A stretch of DNA of 64,000 bases from Octopus sinensis (Eukaryota). Made by a program: the position numbers and the translations under genes. The stretch is from positions 21,514,001 through 21,578,000 of the forward strand of contig NC_043004.1 in NCBI RefSeq assembly GCF_006345805.1, given 5' to 3'. Shown here one piece after another: positions 11,963 through 24,032 of this stretch. The first letter of the stretch is position 1. Every line of letters begins with the position of its first letter. The notes below the pieces were generated by a model. It made no database searches, was not told where the DNA came from, and saw only the letters and a program-made list of their open reading frames with translations.

Positions 11963-13003
11963 CAAGGGTCAGCTGAAAAGTTTGTAGGTTGACCAAGATA
12001 GGCTCATGGAGTGTGACGAATGTAGTTTATTTTTCTACATAGATCCCCTTGCAGTCTACATACTTCCTTCATCCAAGTTGCAGTACTTGGATCCCGTTGG
12101 TGAAAAAGTTTTCATCCTGCTCATCAAAAAAGTAATAAACAGCAGATTTGATGTCATCATCACTGTGGTACTGGTTCTCAGCCAAATGATTTTTCATGTT
12201 GGGGAACAGATAATAGTCAGAAGGAGCCAAATCCAAAGATTAGGGAGAGTGATAAAGCCACAGCCACATACAGCAGCCATTAAAAGCAAGAATTTGTATA
12301 CTGGAGCATTGTTCTGATGAAATAAAACCTGTTTTGTCAGTTTTCTTGGCTGTTTGGTCCTGATAGCCTTTCATAACTGCCTCAGCAAGTCGGCATAGTA
12401 ATCTCTGTTGATGATGGTGGCCCTTTTGAAAGCAATCAATAAACATCATGTTTTTTGCATCCCCCCAAAATTGAAACTATTAGCTTCCATGCAGAGGAAA
12501 CATTGTTGGCCTTCTTTGGAGCAGGTCAAGAAGAGTGTTTCCACTGCATGGATTGTCACTTTTTCACTAGCTCAAAGTGATGAAAGAAATACTCATTCTG
12601 GCTTAGAGAACACTCAAAGAAAGCATCTAGATCTTCTGGTGATGCAATCATTTGGGTGAGCTTTTGATCAGATGTCAGATGATGTATCAGTCACTGAGCA
12701 GAAACCTTCGTCAGGCCAAGTTCATTGTGCAGAATATTCTTAGCTCACTCATTGGAGATGCTGTTTGATTTATAGTTAACTGCCAGTCATCCATCACAAT
12801 GTGATGAACATGATTAATGTTTTCCTTTGTGGAGGCAGTTGCAGGACATCCAGAAGTCTTCTTTGAATTATTAAGATGTCAGTTTACCTTGAAAGAAACA
12901 ATGCATTTATTGATAAGAAAGGATAAAATTAATGCATACAAGATTTCGCAGCTCTAACATATTTCCTTCATTGTCAGCCTGTGAACATTTCAGCCCACCA
13001 TTG
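11963..13003 (-). mobile_element. Mariner transposon, degraded, with TIRs
   Basis: TIRs CAAGGGTCAGCTGAAAAGTTTGTAGGTTGAC and GTCAGCCTGTGAACATTTCAGCCCACCATTG with TA flanks; VLFHQNNAPVY..DLAPSDYYLFPNMK motifs. Confidence 0.9.
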
Positions 13004-13312
13004 TATAAACTGTGTAAGTGATGTTTGGTAAAATTTGCTTTTAGGAGACTTAACAGGGCTGTAGTCTTTCTTGTCATTAATATCATTCATGTAGACTGAG
13101 ATACTCACACATCAAAATTTAGCTATTCCTTTAGCATAAAGATAAATTTGTTATGATTCCAGTTACATCTAAACTCTCCTGAAACTTTACGTTTACACCA
13201 TTTATCTTATTTTACTGCATTATTTACTGTCATCGATGTTAGTAACTAAATCTAGAGTTTCAGCAGTGTACTACAACTACAGTAACTGCAGAATATAACA
13301 CACACACACACA

Positions 13313-13460
13313 TCATCATCATCATCATCATCATCGTTTAGCGTCCGTTTTCCATGCTAGCATGGGTTGGACGGTTCTACTGGGGTCTGTGAAGCCAAAA
13401 GGCTTCATCAGGCCCAGTCAAATCTGGCAGTGTTTCTACGGCTGGATGCCCTTCCTAACG
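13313..13460 (-). mobile_element. 3' end of RTE-associated family F with (GAT)n tail
   Basis: Homologous to 31985-32150. Confidence 0.85.
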
Positions 13461-13904
13461 CTATACACATGTATATATGTATGTATAGATGAATATATGT
13501 TTATGCTTGTATGCATATGTGTGTGGGTGCATGTGCGTGTGTGTGTGTGCACGTGTGTGTGTGTGTGTGTAATATATGTAGCAAAAGTAACAGTGGGACT
13601 CAAAGGCCAGGAGTTTTGTGCTTTAGTACTAATCAAACTAATGCATGAAACTCTCAGCCCTTCAGTCACTTTGTTACTTCTGCCAAATCATCATCATTGC
13701 TTAACGTCTGCTTCATGCTGGGCATGGGTTGGACTGTTTTCATAATAATAATGATAATTATAACAACAACAATAATAATAATAACACACACACACACACA
13801 AACATGCTCATGTCTTTTGTTCTATATTTCTTGCTTGTATTGCCAAATCTATATATCTATACACACTCGTGCACACACACATCCATGCATGCACAGAAGT
13901 GTCA

Positions 13905-14333
13905 TATACACATACAGAAGTGTCAATCCTTTAAAGTAGATGGAACTTGTGGAAGAGGGAGACCTTGGAAAACATGGAATGAAGTAATGAAGGCCGATCA
14001 CGAAACACTAAGCCTTACAAAGGAGATGACAAAGAACTGAGATAACTAGTGCCTTGCTGTACTCAAGAAGACCTGTTTACCACAGCAGAATTAATATCGG
14101 TGCTGGTGCTACATGAAAAGTATTTGTGCTGGTGCCATGTTAAAAACACTTGTGCCACATAAAAAGCAACCATTCTCTCTGTAGAGCAGCTGGCATTAGG
14201 AAGGGCAATAAGCCATAGAAACTATGACAGAACAGATAATGAAGCCTGGTGTGGCTCCTGGCCTTAACAACTCTGGTCAAACCGTCCAACCCATGCCAGC
14301 ATGGAAGACATACATTAAATGATGATTATGATG
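13905..14333 (+). mobile_element. RTE family F 3' fragment (ORF end, 3' UTR, GAT tail)
   Basis: VDGTCGRGRPWKTWNEVMKADHETLSLTKEMT followed by the conserved 3' UTR. Confidence 0.85.
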
Positions 14334-14673
14334 GGTAAAGACCCCCTTCGGTCATGAATCACCATGGGATTGCACCTAGAAAGTTACCCTCCTAGACACA
14401 AGTCCGGGCAAGGTTGTTTTATGGAAGGCCAGCAGTCGCCCATGCCTACCAGTCTCCCCCTCTCCACGCCACCAGTGTTATCCAAGGGAAAGACAAAGGT
14501 CGATACAGCTTGGCACCAGTGACATCGCAACTCATTTCTACAGCTGAGTGAACTGGAGCAACGTGAAATAAAGTGTCTTGCTCGAGAACACGACACGCAG
14601 CCCGGTCCGGGATTCGAGCTCACAACCTCACGATCGTAAGCTCGACGCTGTAACCACTGAGCCATGCGCCTTC
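14334..14673 (-). mobile_element. tRNA-derived SINE, type D, with 10-bp TSD
   Basis: Head GGCGCATGGCTCAGTGGTTACAGCG..TCGAATCCC; TSD GATTATGATG at 14324-14333 and 14674-14683, inside the tail of the preceding element. Confidence 0.9.
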
Positions 14674-14710
14674 GATTATGATGATGATATATACATACAC
14701 ATATAGATAG

Positions 14711-14870
14711 ATGCAGGTGTGGCTGTGTAGTAAAGAAGCTTACTTCCAAATTATGTGGTCACGTATTTAGTTCTACTGAGCAGTACCTTGGACAAGTGTC
14801 TTCTGCTATAACCGCAGGCTGACCAATACCTTGTGTGCAGATTTGGAAGCCTATCGTACATACACACACA
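14711..14870 (+). mobile_element. Type A SINE 5' half, degraded
   Basis: Homology to the type A head. Confidence 0.75.
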
Positions 14871-14874
14871 TACC

Positions 14875-15149
14875 TGAAGTATTGATGGCCGATCTGAAGA
14901 CATTGAGTCTTACAAAGGAGATGACTAAGGACTGAGATATCTGGTTCACCGCCATCACAGCAGAGTTGATACCAGTGCTGGTGCAATGTTGCAAGCACCC
15001 AGTACACTCTGAGAGTGGTTGGCACTACGAGAGGCATCCAGCCAGGGAAACTATGTCAGCACAGACAATGGAACGTGGTGCGGGCTCTGGCTTTACCAGC
15101 TCTAGTCAAACCATCCAACCCATGCCAGCATGGAGAATGGGTGTTAACC

Positions 15150-15180
<31 letters not shown>

Positions 15181-15190
15181 TTGATGTTGA
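14875..15190 (+). mobile_element. RTE family F 3' fragment with (GAT)n tail
   Basis: Homology to 13905-14333. Confidence 0.85.
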
Positions 15191-15214
15191 TGAAATATAT
15201 ATATTATATATGGG

Positions 15215-16650
15215 AGCGGTTACATTCATTAACCCTACTGAGAAGGTCCTCTGTGCTTTCACAAGCACCAGATAACATCTCAATGAGTGATCTTAACACT
15301 TCCGAGAGGAAGTATGATAGCCTATAATGGCTTGCAATATTGGCACCACAAACCGGTCATTTTGTGGGTCCAGAAAAAGGTTCTGTGATGGGTTTATCTC
15401 ATTTCAAATATGTTTATCTCATTTCAAATATGTTCTTAAATGATATTCCTTGCATGGATCTGAGCATTATTTATATGACAGCTGGCAATATTGGTACCAC
15501 AAACCGGTCATTTGGGGGTGGGGGACAGAAAAAGGGTCTGTGATGGGTTTATGGTCTTTCCGTAACCCATAGAATGTAGGAATGCCATTGTTTAATCTTA
15601 TGAAGTTCTGCGCTCTGCGCTGCTTAGGTTGGAGTACATTACACCACATTCCTATGTGTGCATTGAGGATCTTCTCTATTCTTTCATATTCCTGCTGTGT
15701 AACTTCTCTCATGTTTTCGATGTGCTGTTGCATTGTCTGGATGTAATTTTGCAGGCTGTCTACTGACATCCTGCCGGATTTGTCTGTAGGGAGGTATACT
15801 ATTTCGTTGTTCCTAACTCTATGTTTTAGCCTTTGTATTCCCATCGCAGCTGCTGTACTGAGTTGATGGGTCTCCAACTCATTCTGTTTTGGGCTAGTCC
15901 TTTTATATTATTGTTTTCATGAGTCTGCTTCTAGCTGAAGAGATCTTGGCTTCTGTTCTATTGTGTGTGTAAAGCGGGATGCACACTCTTTTGCTGAATG
16001 GTAAGTCTCATGGTTAGATTCATGTCATCTCACAGGATTTGTTGATTGAGTTATAAAAGAGATTTTCTGAGGTGTTGTTGTTGTTGTTACCATTGTATGT
16101 GTGGTTGTTGCTATCGTTGTTGTTGCTGGTGCTGGCAGTGTTGTCATTGCTGGTGTTGTAGTTGTTATTGTTGTTGCTGTTGTTTTTGTTGTCCTCACCA
16201 TCGTTGTTATTACTGTTGGTGGTACTGTGAGTATTTTGTGTATTATTGTTGTGGTGGTTTCTTATATTTGTGTCGTTACTGTAGTGGTAGCGTCCTAATC
16301 TCCATCTAATCTCAAACAGACAATTGATCTTACTGACCTTGTTATATACAGCATATTTTGGTGGTAATTCTAGGGCTCATGTTTTGTTTTTATCCAGTTG
16401 TATCACACCATACATTCCGGGTGTGTGATTGTTCTCATTTGTGATGGTGTTGTATTTCTCAGATTGTTCGCTGTCGGACATCACAATTCCATCAATGTTG
16501 TTTAGGTATTTTCTTTATGTTTCTCACATGTTATTGTGGTTGTCGTTGTTGTCTCATCCATTTCAATCTGTTGCTGAAGTGTTTATTACAGGCCTGGTTT
16601 ATACTGTTGTACTCATGTTGGGTGATTTCTGCGCGTCTTGATTCCTCATA
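15215..16650 (-). mobile_element. Penelope-like element relic (N-terminal region and RT start)
   Basis: IVYLPTDKSGR, PTFYGLRKDHK, PVCGAN..YRLSYFLS..CESTEDLLSRV. The region above about 16050 is assigned by adjacency and composition only. Confidence 0.8.
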
Positions 16651-17109
16651 TGGTGTGATTATGCTTAACTGTCAATGAGAGAAACTTCATATGGATAAAC
16701 GTGGGCGCTTGCAAAGAAAACAAGAGAAAACCAAAACTGCTATCTTATGTATATAAAAATGACACAAGTCAGTATTTAAAACACACACACACACACACAC
16801 ATACAGATGCATGCACTTATGTATAAACACACGCAGATACAGACATACAGAGATACACATATACAAACATACACACACTCACATACTCATCCCAGACAGA
16901 TCTTGGACAAATCTCAATGCTGGAACATAAGTTCAAAAGAAATGGATGTAGAGAGATGTGTCTCTGAAGAGATTGCAGCAATGTGATGAAATGATTATTT
17001 GACAAAAAAAAAAAAGAAATAACATGAACAATACCAATAAAGGACCAACCAGTGCATGGGTTTATTATTACAAGCATAATGCACCTCCCAAGGTTTAATA
17101 GTAGATGTA

Positions 17110-17313
17110 TATGTTTGTGTGTCTGTGTCTGTCCCCCACCATCACTTGAAAACCGATGTTGGTGTATTTACATCCCCGTAACTTAACGGTTCGGCAAAAG
17201 AGACCAATAGAATAAGTACTAGGCTTAAAAAAAGTAAGACCTGAAGTCGATTTGTTTGACTAAGGTGGTGCTCCAGCATGGCCACAGGCAAAGGACTGAA
17301 GCTAGTAAAAGAA
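17110..17313 (+). mobile_element. Type A SINE 3' half
   Basis: Homology to the type A tail. Confidence 0.85.
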
Positions 17314-17749
17314 TGTATATATATATGAATATCAGGCATGTGCAGTCAATAATTACTTAGGGCAGGCAGTTGGTGACCTTTATGTAGTAAAACACAAAAA
17401 ATAAGTGAAACGCAGGTGCATGACTGAGTTAAAGGCAGATCTTGTTCTGCCTTCATAGCACTTAAAGAAAGCGGTGTTGTAGAAATGTACGTAGCATGTG
17501 TACTACAGCAGTACTATGCGTAGCTTAGATTGAAATTGAAAAGCAGGGGTAAATGATGCCTACCTAACCTACAAAAAAGAAAATGAAACATTTTGCATTT
17601 TATGCATAGTAATCAGACTAACCTACACAATTTTATTAAAGTAGGTGCATATTTTGCCATATGAGGAAAATGTTGCTGTTGATCTATTTTATTCAATGTA
17701 GGCACTGCCTACGTTGCTTACCTAGGCCACATATCCTTGACACACACAC

Positions 17750-17754
<5 letters not shown>

Positions 17755-17804
<50 letters not shown>

Positions 17805-17920
17805 CTATATATATATATCTATATATATATCTCTCTCTCTATATATATATATATATCTATATATATATATCTCTCTCTCTATATATATATATATATCTAT
17901 ATATATATATATATATATAC
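17755..17920. repeat. Compound (TA)n/(TC)n microsatellite
   Basis: Direct sequence. Confidence 0.95.
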
Positions 17921-17949
17921 ATTATACACATACGTACACATATATGTTT

Positions 17950-18177
17950 GTGTGGCTGTGTTATAAAAAGTTTTCTTCCAACCATATGATCCTGGGTTCA
18001 GTTCCATGGCATGGAACCTTGAGCAAGTATCTTCTACAATAGCCCCATGCTAATTATGCCTGTGAGTGGCTTTCTTGCATGGAAATTGGAAGAAGCCCTT
18101 TTTATATACAGATGTGTGTGTGTGTATGTTTGTATGTCTGTGTGTGCACACATATATATATAGATATAGACAGATAG

Positions 18178-18252
<75 letters not shown>

Positions 18253-18460
18253 ATTGATAGATAAATATGCATCATTGTGTTTGTCTTCAACCACTGCCTG
18301 ATAACTGGTGTTGGTTTGTTTACACTCCCAAAACAGCATTTTAGTTAAGCAACTAAGAAACAATAGGCCTCGCTTATAAAATAAACACTGAGATCAATTT
18401 GTTTGACTAAAAATACCCAGCATAGCTGCAGTCCAGTGTCTGAAACAATTAAAAGACAAA
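17950..18460 (+). mobile_element. Type A SINE with expanded internal (TAGA)n
   Basis: Head and tail homology; (TAGA)n at about 18165-18262. Confidence 0.82.
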
Positions 18461-18919
18461 AGATGAAAGATAGTCGGTTATTCTCATTATTATCTTTCTT
18501 CCCTGAAGATAGAGCTTTACTCTCTTAGTTCTCATGCATAAGGTTGTTTACTTAAACATGGGTGACTTGGTTACAAAATGGAGGATTAATACATTTGAAC
18601 TTGCAGTTAGAAGTAAAGTCCTTCATATGATCATTTAATATTACACAGTCTAGATGGTTAAGAAACATTCCATTTGCTAACCTAGTTTTAATCTGAATTC
18701 TTTCCTGTGAATGAATTTGGTATCATTCAGTATTTGTATTAGCTGGTCTTTATTTTGAGTGGAAATGTTTGTTATCAAAGAGTTTAATATGACAGTCAAA
18801 ATCAAATTCATACAGATTTTTGGTTTTGTTGATAGTATGGATAGGTCCAAGAATGGCTGAGTGGTAAGAAGTTTTGTTCCTAACCACATGGTTTCAGGTT
18901 CATTCCCACTACTTACTGG

Positions 18920-19270
18920 GACTTTGATCTTTGCTAAATTAACTCTAAGGCCCTATGATTCCAGACCTTGCTTCCACATCTGAAATTTCATCTCTACTTC
19001 TGGTAGTGACTCAGCAGTAAGAACAAGGTCATCAGTGTAGATGAGCTCCAAAGACAGCCTGTCTTAAATTCCTCTATTATGATTTATGATAAACAAAATG
19101 GGGCTAAAAACCAATTCCTGGTGAACTACCTGTACACTAAATTCTTTGCTATACTCATTGCTGACATTCACCTTACTGACAGCATGCCTGAACATGGCTT
19201 GAAAAGCTCTCACTAACCACTCACATCTCTAGCTTCTGCATTGTCCAGATGATATGGGAGTGGGGTACAC
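18920..19270 (-). mobile_element. RTE-clade RT fragment
   Basis: EWLVRAFQAMFRHAVSKVNVSNEYSKEFSVQVVHQ..FSPILFII..EEFKTGC. Confidence 0.85.
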
Positions 19271-19437
19271 TTTTAAAGGTTTATCTTATTTGATACTTAT
19301 CAACCATAGACAGAAACCACGGGGTTATCCAACCCTACATGGTGCATATATTTTCAAGTATTCAATTCTATCTGAATCCTTATTTTACTCTTTACATACA
19401 TACATACACATACACACACACAGACACACATAAATAT

Positions 19438-19483
<46 letters not shown>

Positions 19484-19487
19484 TATC

Positions 19488-20152
19488 ATCATCATCATCA
19501 TCATCATCATCATCGTTTAGCATCCGCTTCCCATGCTAGCATGGGTTGGACGATTTGACTGAGGTCTGGCGGACCAGATGGCTGCACCAGACTCCAATCT
19601 GATCTGGCAGAGTTTCTACAGCTGGATGCCCTTCCTAATGCCAATCACTCTGAGAGTGTAGTGGGTGCTTTTACATGCCACCGGCACGAGGGCCAGACAT
19701 GCGGTACTGGCAACGGCCATGCTCAAATGGTGCTTTTTATGTGCCAACTGCACAGGAGCCAGTCCAGCAGCACTGGCAATGACCTCGCTCGAATGTTTTT
19801 GTCACGTGACATCAGCACAAGTGCTAGTAAGGTGACACAGGTAACGATCACGCTCGAATGGTGTTTTCAATGTGCCATCAGCATGGAGGCCAGCTTACTG
19901 CTCTGGCAACGATCTCACTCGTATGGTACTCTTAGCGCTCCACTAGCTCGGATGCCAGTCATCGAATTTGATTTTGATTTTAATTTCACTTGCCTCAACA
20001 GATCTTTGCAAGCAGAGTTTAGTGTCCAATGAAAAAAAGGCACGCATAAGTGGACTGGTTACACCCCTGGCATAGGCCACCAGATTATGGTCTCACTTGT
20101 GCTTGCTGAGTCTTCTCGTGCACAGCATATTTCCAGAGGTCCCAGTCACTAG
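19488..20152 (-). mobile_element. RTE family F, 3' UTR with tandem units and (GAT)n tail
   Basis: Homologous to 31580-32150. Confidence 0.88.
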
Positions 20153-20187
<35 letters not shown>

Positions 20188-20238
20188 GTGAAGGGAAGAA
20201 AGGGAGCTGAACGAAGATTCTACAGAATTCCTTTTATT

Positions 20239-20324
20239 ATTTTCTACACATGTTTCAAAGGCCGCAAATTTCCAAATTCGGATTGAATAAGGAGACCATT
20301 TTGCAGCATTCTCTTCAGGAAAAT
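20239..20324 (-). ncRNA. Type I hammerhead ribozyme (inverted copy)
   Basis: Exact reverse complement of 20420-20505. Confidence 0.75.
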
Positions 20325-20419
20325 CCATGAGAGACAGTTTTGTGCTTTTTCATGGGCTCCTAGGGAGCGTTTTGTTCGAATACCTTGCTGCGCATTTGTT
20401 TTGGATTTTTAATTCCTGG

Positions 20420-20505
20420 ATTTTCCTGAAGAGAATGCTGCAAAATGGTCTCCTTATTCAATCCGAATTTGGAAATTTGCGGCCTTTGAAACATGTGTAG
20501 AAAAT
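20420..20505 (+). ncRNA. Type I hammerhead ribozyme with extended stem II
   Basis: ATTTTC-CTGAAGA-[GCTGCAAAAT..ATTTGCGGC]-GAAA-CATGTG-TA-GAAAAT; palindromic ACATGT in stem III; predicted cleavage after GTA (20499). Confidence 0.75.
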
Positions 20506-20709
20506 AATAAAAGGAATTCTGTAGAATCTTCGTTCAGCTCCATTTCTTCCCTTCACTAAATATATTAAACTTCAATTATCCGCGCTAAGGCACGGTTGTG
20601 ACACCCCAAGGTCGTAACTTCAACCGTGTTTTTTCTGTTGTGATTTTTGCTACCCAGGTATCGGTTAAATTTTGAATAATCCTTAACAAGATAATTCATT
20701 TATCCATTT

Positions 20710-20745
<36 letters not shown>

Positions 20746-22254
20746 CACCAAACCAATGGTATAGTGATAATTATCAGCAGTAGTTTGTGAGATTACTGCA
20801 TATCCTGTGTGTCTGATGATTTTATCTTGGTTTCTGAATAATTTGTTGAGAAAGTCGCTTTAAATCTTTCTTATGTCATCAATATTTGCAATTAATTATT
20901 TAGACTTTTTGAGATAGTGAAATGATTATCATAGAAATTACTTGTCAATAATGTAAAAGAATTCATGGTCATTCACATAATTCCTTCTCTCGCTATTGAA
21001 CATATGTACTCATTGATACACTGCACAGCTTATAAATTCTGTATGATGTTGAATTCACCAAGAGACGTAGCAAGCATTATTTCTACAGAATTGTATTACT
21101 CACAATCAATAAACACTATGACAAGGTACCTACAAAAAGAGCCCCGATGCTTTTACTTGACCTACTAAAATAAAAAGCCAAATGGGTTTCTTTGTGTTAA
21201 GGAGTTCTTGATATAGCTGAATACAGACATAGTTCTGCACAGTTGAGTTTCTCTTTTCATTTTCTTTTTTCTTTTCTAGTCTCAGCTCAAGAGTAGTGGC
21301 CCTGCTAGGGCACAGCCTTTGGCTCTGCTACACTTTCACTAAAACTCCTATGATGAGTAGCATTTGGTGAATGAGGGAGATTGATGTAGCTTCCCTCATC
21401 TGCATTGGTCATAGCTGTATAACATTTGGTCATAAGCTTGCTCAGCCAGTCTTATCTTATGACTAAATAATAGCATCAGTAATAACAGCACAATAGCCAA
21501 GATTATCTTGAATAAATGTTTCATATTAAAGCAATAATTCTGGTTTACCAAATTGTCCAAAAGTCAGTGGATAATTTATTGAACGTAAATGCCAATGGCA
21601 ACTTTTTGTTTTCAGTAGCTTACAAATTGGTTCAAAATCAAATTTGCATCTAAAAACACATCAGCCATTAACAACTGATGGTATTCATCAGAGTACAAGT
21701 GCCAACCAGCATAAATATAAACTTCAAACATCCTGGACAGAATAACTAGTTCCATCATAAGTATTTCATATGACTTGACTGTTACAGAAGGGGAAAATTT
21801 TGTGTCAAAAATTTAACTGTGACATTAAGTACCACTCAGCTTTGCACCCTTATATGGTAACAGTTTCTAGTTTCAGTCCTTTTTGCCAGAAGATATGAAA
21901 AAATCCTCTGACAGGAAACCTTGTCTGGATATGTACAATGGGGTGAGCCAATGACCCAGGTGGTGATATTAAAACAGCTAACATATTAACCATATAATTC
22001 AAGAACTACAACTATCATTTTAGTGGGATTCTACCTAGTTTCAATTCAAATTTTACTCTAATTTCTCCAAAATTCTCAATTGAACCTGGGGCCATGTAAT
22101 TATGGATCAAATGTCTTAACCACATAAAATTACATGGCTTAGCTGACTTGACAATTGCACAACTTAGATGACTTGACAATTGTGTAACTACAAAAATTCC
22201 CTTTATTACACTCATTAACCACATGCCTTACACGCACACACACACACACACACA

Positions 22255-22632
22255 AAGATCATAAAGAAATACCAGTCTTCCTGAGTAGATGGAACATGTG
22301 AAAGTGGATGACTCAGAAAGACACAGGATGAAGTACTGCAGAATGACCTCAAGACACTGAACCTTTCAGGCAAGATAACAGAGGACTGAGATGCCTGGTG
22401 CCTCAAGAAGGTGCCACATGAAGTGTTCCTGCAGTGCCACATGAAAGCGCCCATGCAGTACCACATAAAAGCACCCCACACTCTTTGTAAAGTGGTTGGC
22501 ATCAGGAAGGTGTCCAGCCATAAAAACCAAGCAAAGTCAGTCTGGTACAGCTCCTCAGCTTGCCAGCTCTGATCAAACTGTCCAACCCATGACAGGATGG
22601 ACAACGGACATTAAATGCTGTTGATGATGATG
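22255..22632 (+). mobile_element. RTE family F 3' fragment
   Basis: Homology to 13905-14333; (GAT)n tail. Confidence 0.8.
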
Positions 22633-22744
22633 ATATATATTGATATGCATACACACACATAACACACACACACGCACACACACACGCTCACACATAATAA
22701 TGGCTGTCCACTAGTGACTGGCGAAGGCTATTATTGACTGTTGC

Positions 22745-23395
22745 CTATGCAAAATGACAGCAATGCTCTTGTATAAGGTTATTGCAGCCTTCGGCTTCAC
22801 TCAGATTTGTGTCCAATGCTCCCATGTTTGCTGTGGTGTCTTGGTGCCCTCCTACTCAATTGATCATCGCATAGTCATCTTGCTGGCAATTGCACAAGCT
22901 CGCATTTTAGGTCCTATAAGAGTAGCACAGTACCTTACAAAACCTCTCCATCTTACTGATATGATCCAGAGACAAGCCAGGGTAAGATATTCAGTACTAG
23001 TAAGGGCCACAAGCTCAGGAATGTAGTTGCACCATGATCTCAGATGCAGTCAAAAGATCCACAAAATTTTCAATGCCATTCCCAGTATATCTGGTTTTAT
23101 ATCAGTGTAATCTTCTCCTAGAGACATGATTTAACAAAAGCTATCAATGCCTCATTCCAAGTGGTATTTCGGTATGCCAGATACCAACTGAAATTTCTGA
23201 GGAATTTTTGCTATTACTAGGTTCTTCTGACCTTTGACAGGTTTTGATTTTAGTCCTGCTGGGTTTCTAGCAACCCTCCTCACCAGGCATGTCTAGTGGA
23301 GGTGCTGGTTTAGTTGTCAACAACCTGACCATGCAGCAGGTTGATCTGAATTACATGTCACCAGTACCACTCATGACAGACCTGACACTAGATCA
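22745..23395 (-). mobile_element. Degraded RTE-like 5' region and APE N-terminus
   Basis: ISVGIW...YKTRYTGNG resembles the APE start (L.IGTWNVR..E.RW.G.G); many stops. Confidence 0.5.
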
Positions 23396-23625
23396 TTCCT
23401 AAGTTATATAGACTCAAAGGACCAGTTTCTTGGGTTCTGTGGTGCATATATTTTCACCTGGATGGGATGCTGCCCCATTGCAAGATTACTAATTTTTGCC
23501 ACCTAAGTAGACTGGAACTACATGAAATGAAGTATTTTGCTCAAGAACAGAATGGTCACTCAATCTAGATATTGAAACCACAATATTACAGTCATGAGTC
23601 CAATATCATAATCACTAAGTCACCC
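23395..23625 (-). mobile_element. tRNA-derived SINE, type E (older copy)
   Basis: Homologous to 23653-23889. Confidence 0.8.
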
Positions 23626-23652
23626 CATCCCAAATATATGTATTAAAAAAAT

Positions 23653-23889
23653 GTTCTTTCTCGAGACATGCCAAGCTCATAAGGGCCGGTTTCCCGGTTT
23701 CAGTGGTGTAGAAATTCCCCACCTGGATGGGACGCTGGTCCGTTGCAGGATTACTCACTTTTGAGTGGACTGGAGCAACATGAAGTGAAGTGTTTTGCTC
23801 AAGAACACAACGCATCACCCAGTCCAGGAATCGAAACCACAACCTTACAATTATGAGTTCAACACCCTAATCACTAAGCCATGCACCTC
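23653..23889 (-). mobile_element. tRNA-derived SINE, type E
   Basis: GAGGTGCATGGCTTAGTGATTAGGG..TTCGATTCC head; GTGTTCTTGAGCAAAACACTTCA core. Confidence 0.88.
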
Positions 23890-23976
23890 TGCCAAATATA
23901 TGTAGGCATATATATATTTGTGTGTGCGTATGTATGCACACATACATATGTAGGTCATCTAAGAATCCATATATCT

Positions 23977-24028
<52 letters not shown>

Positions 24029-24032
<4 letters not shown>

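Larger units (their letters stand above)
20181..20712. mobile_element. (TA)n-flanked element with 147-bp inverted repeat (PLE-type inverted terminal structure)
   Basis: Arms 20181-20327 and 20417-20563, one mismatch, 89-bp spacer; (TA)n on both sides of the element. Confidence 0.8.

Noticed and set aside
16046-16309. Cys-rich ORF resembling a metallothionein or keratin-associated protein
   Set aside because: Antisense reading of a (CAA/CAG)-rich tract within a PLE relic.
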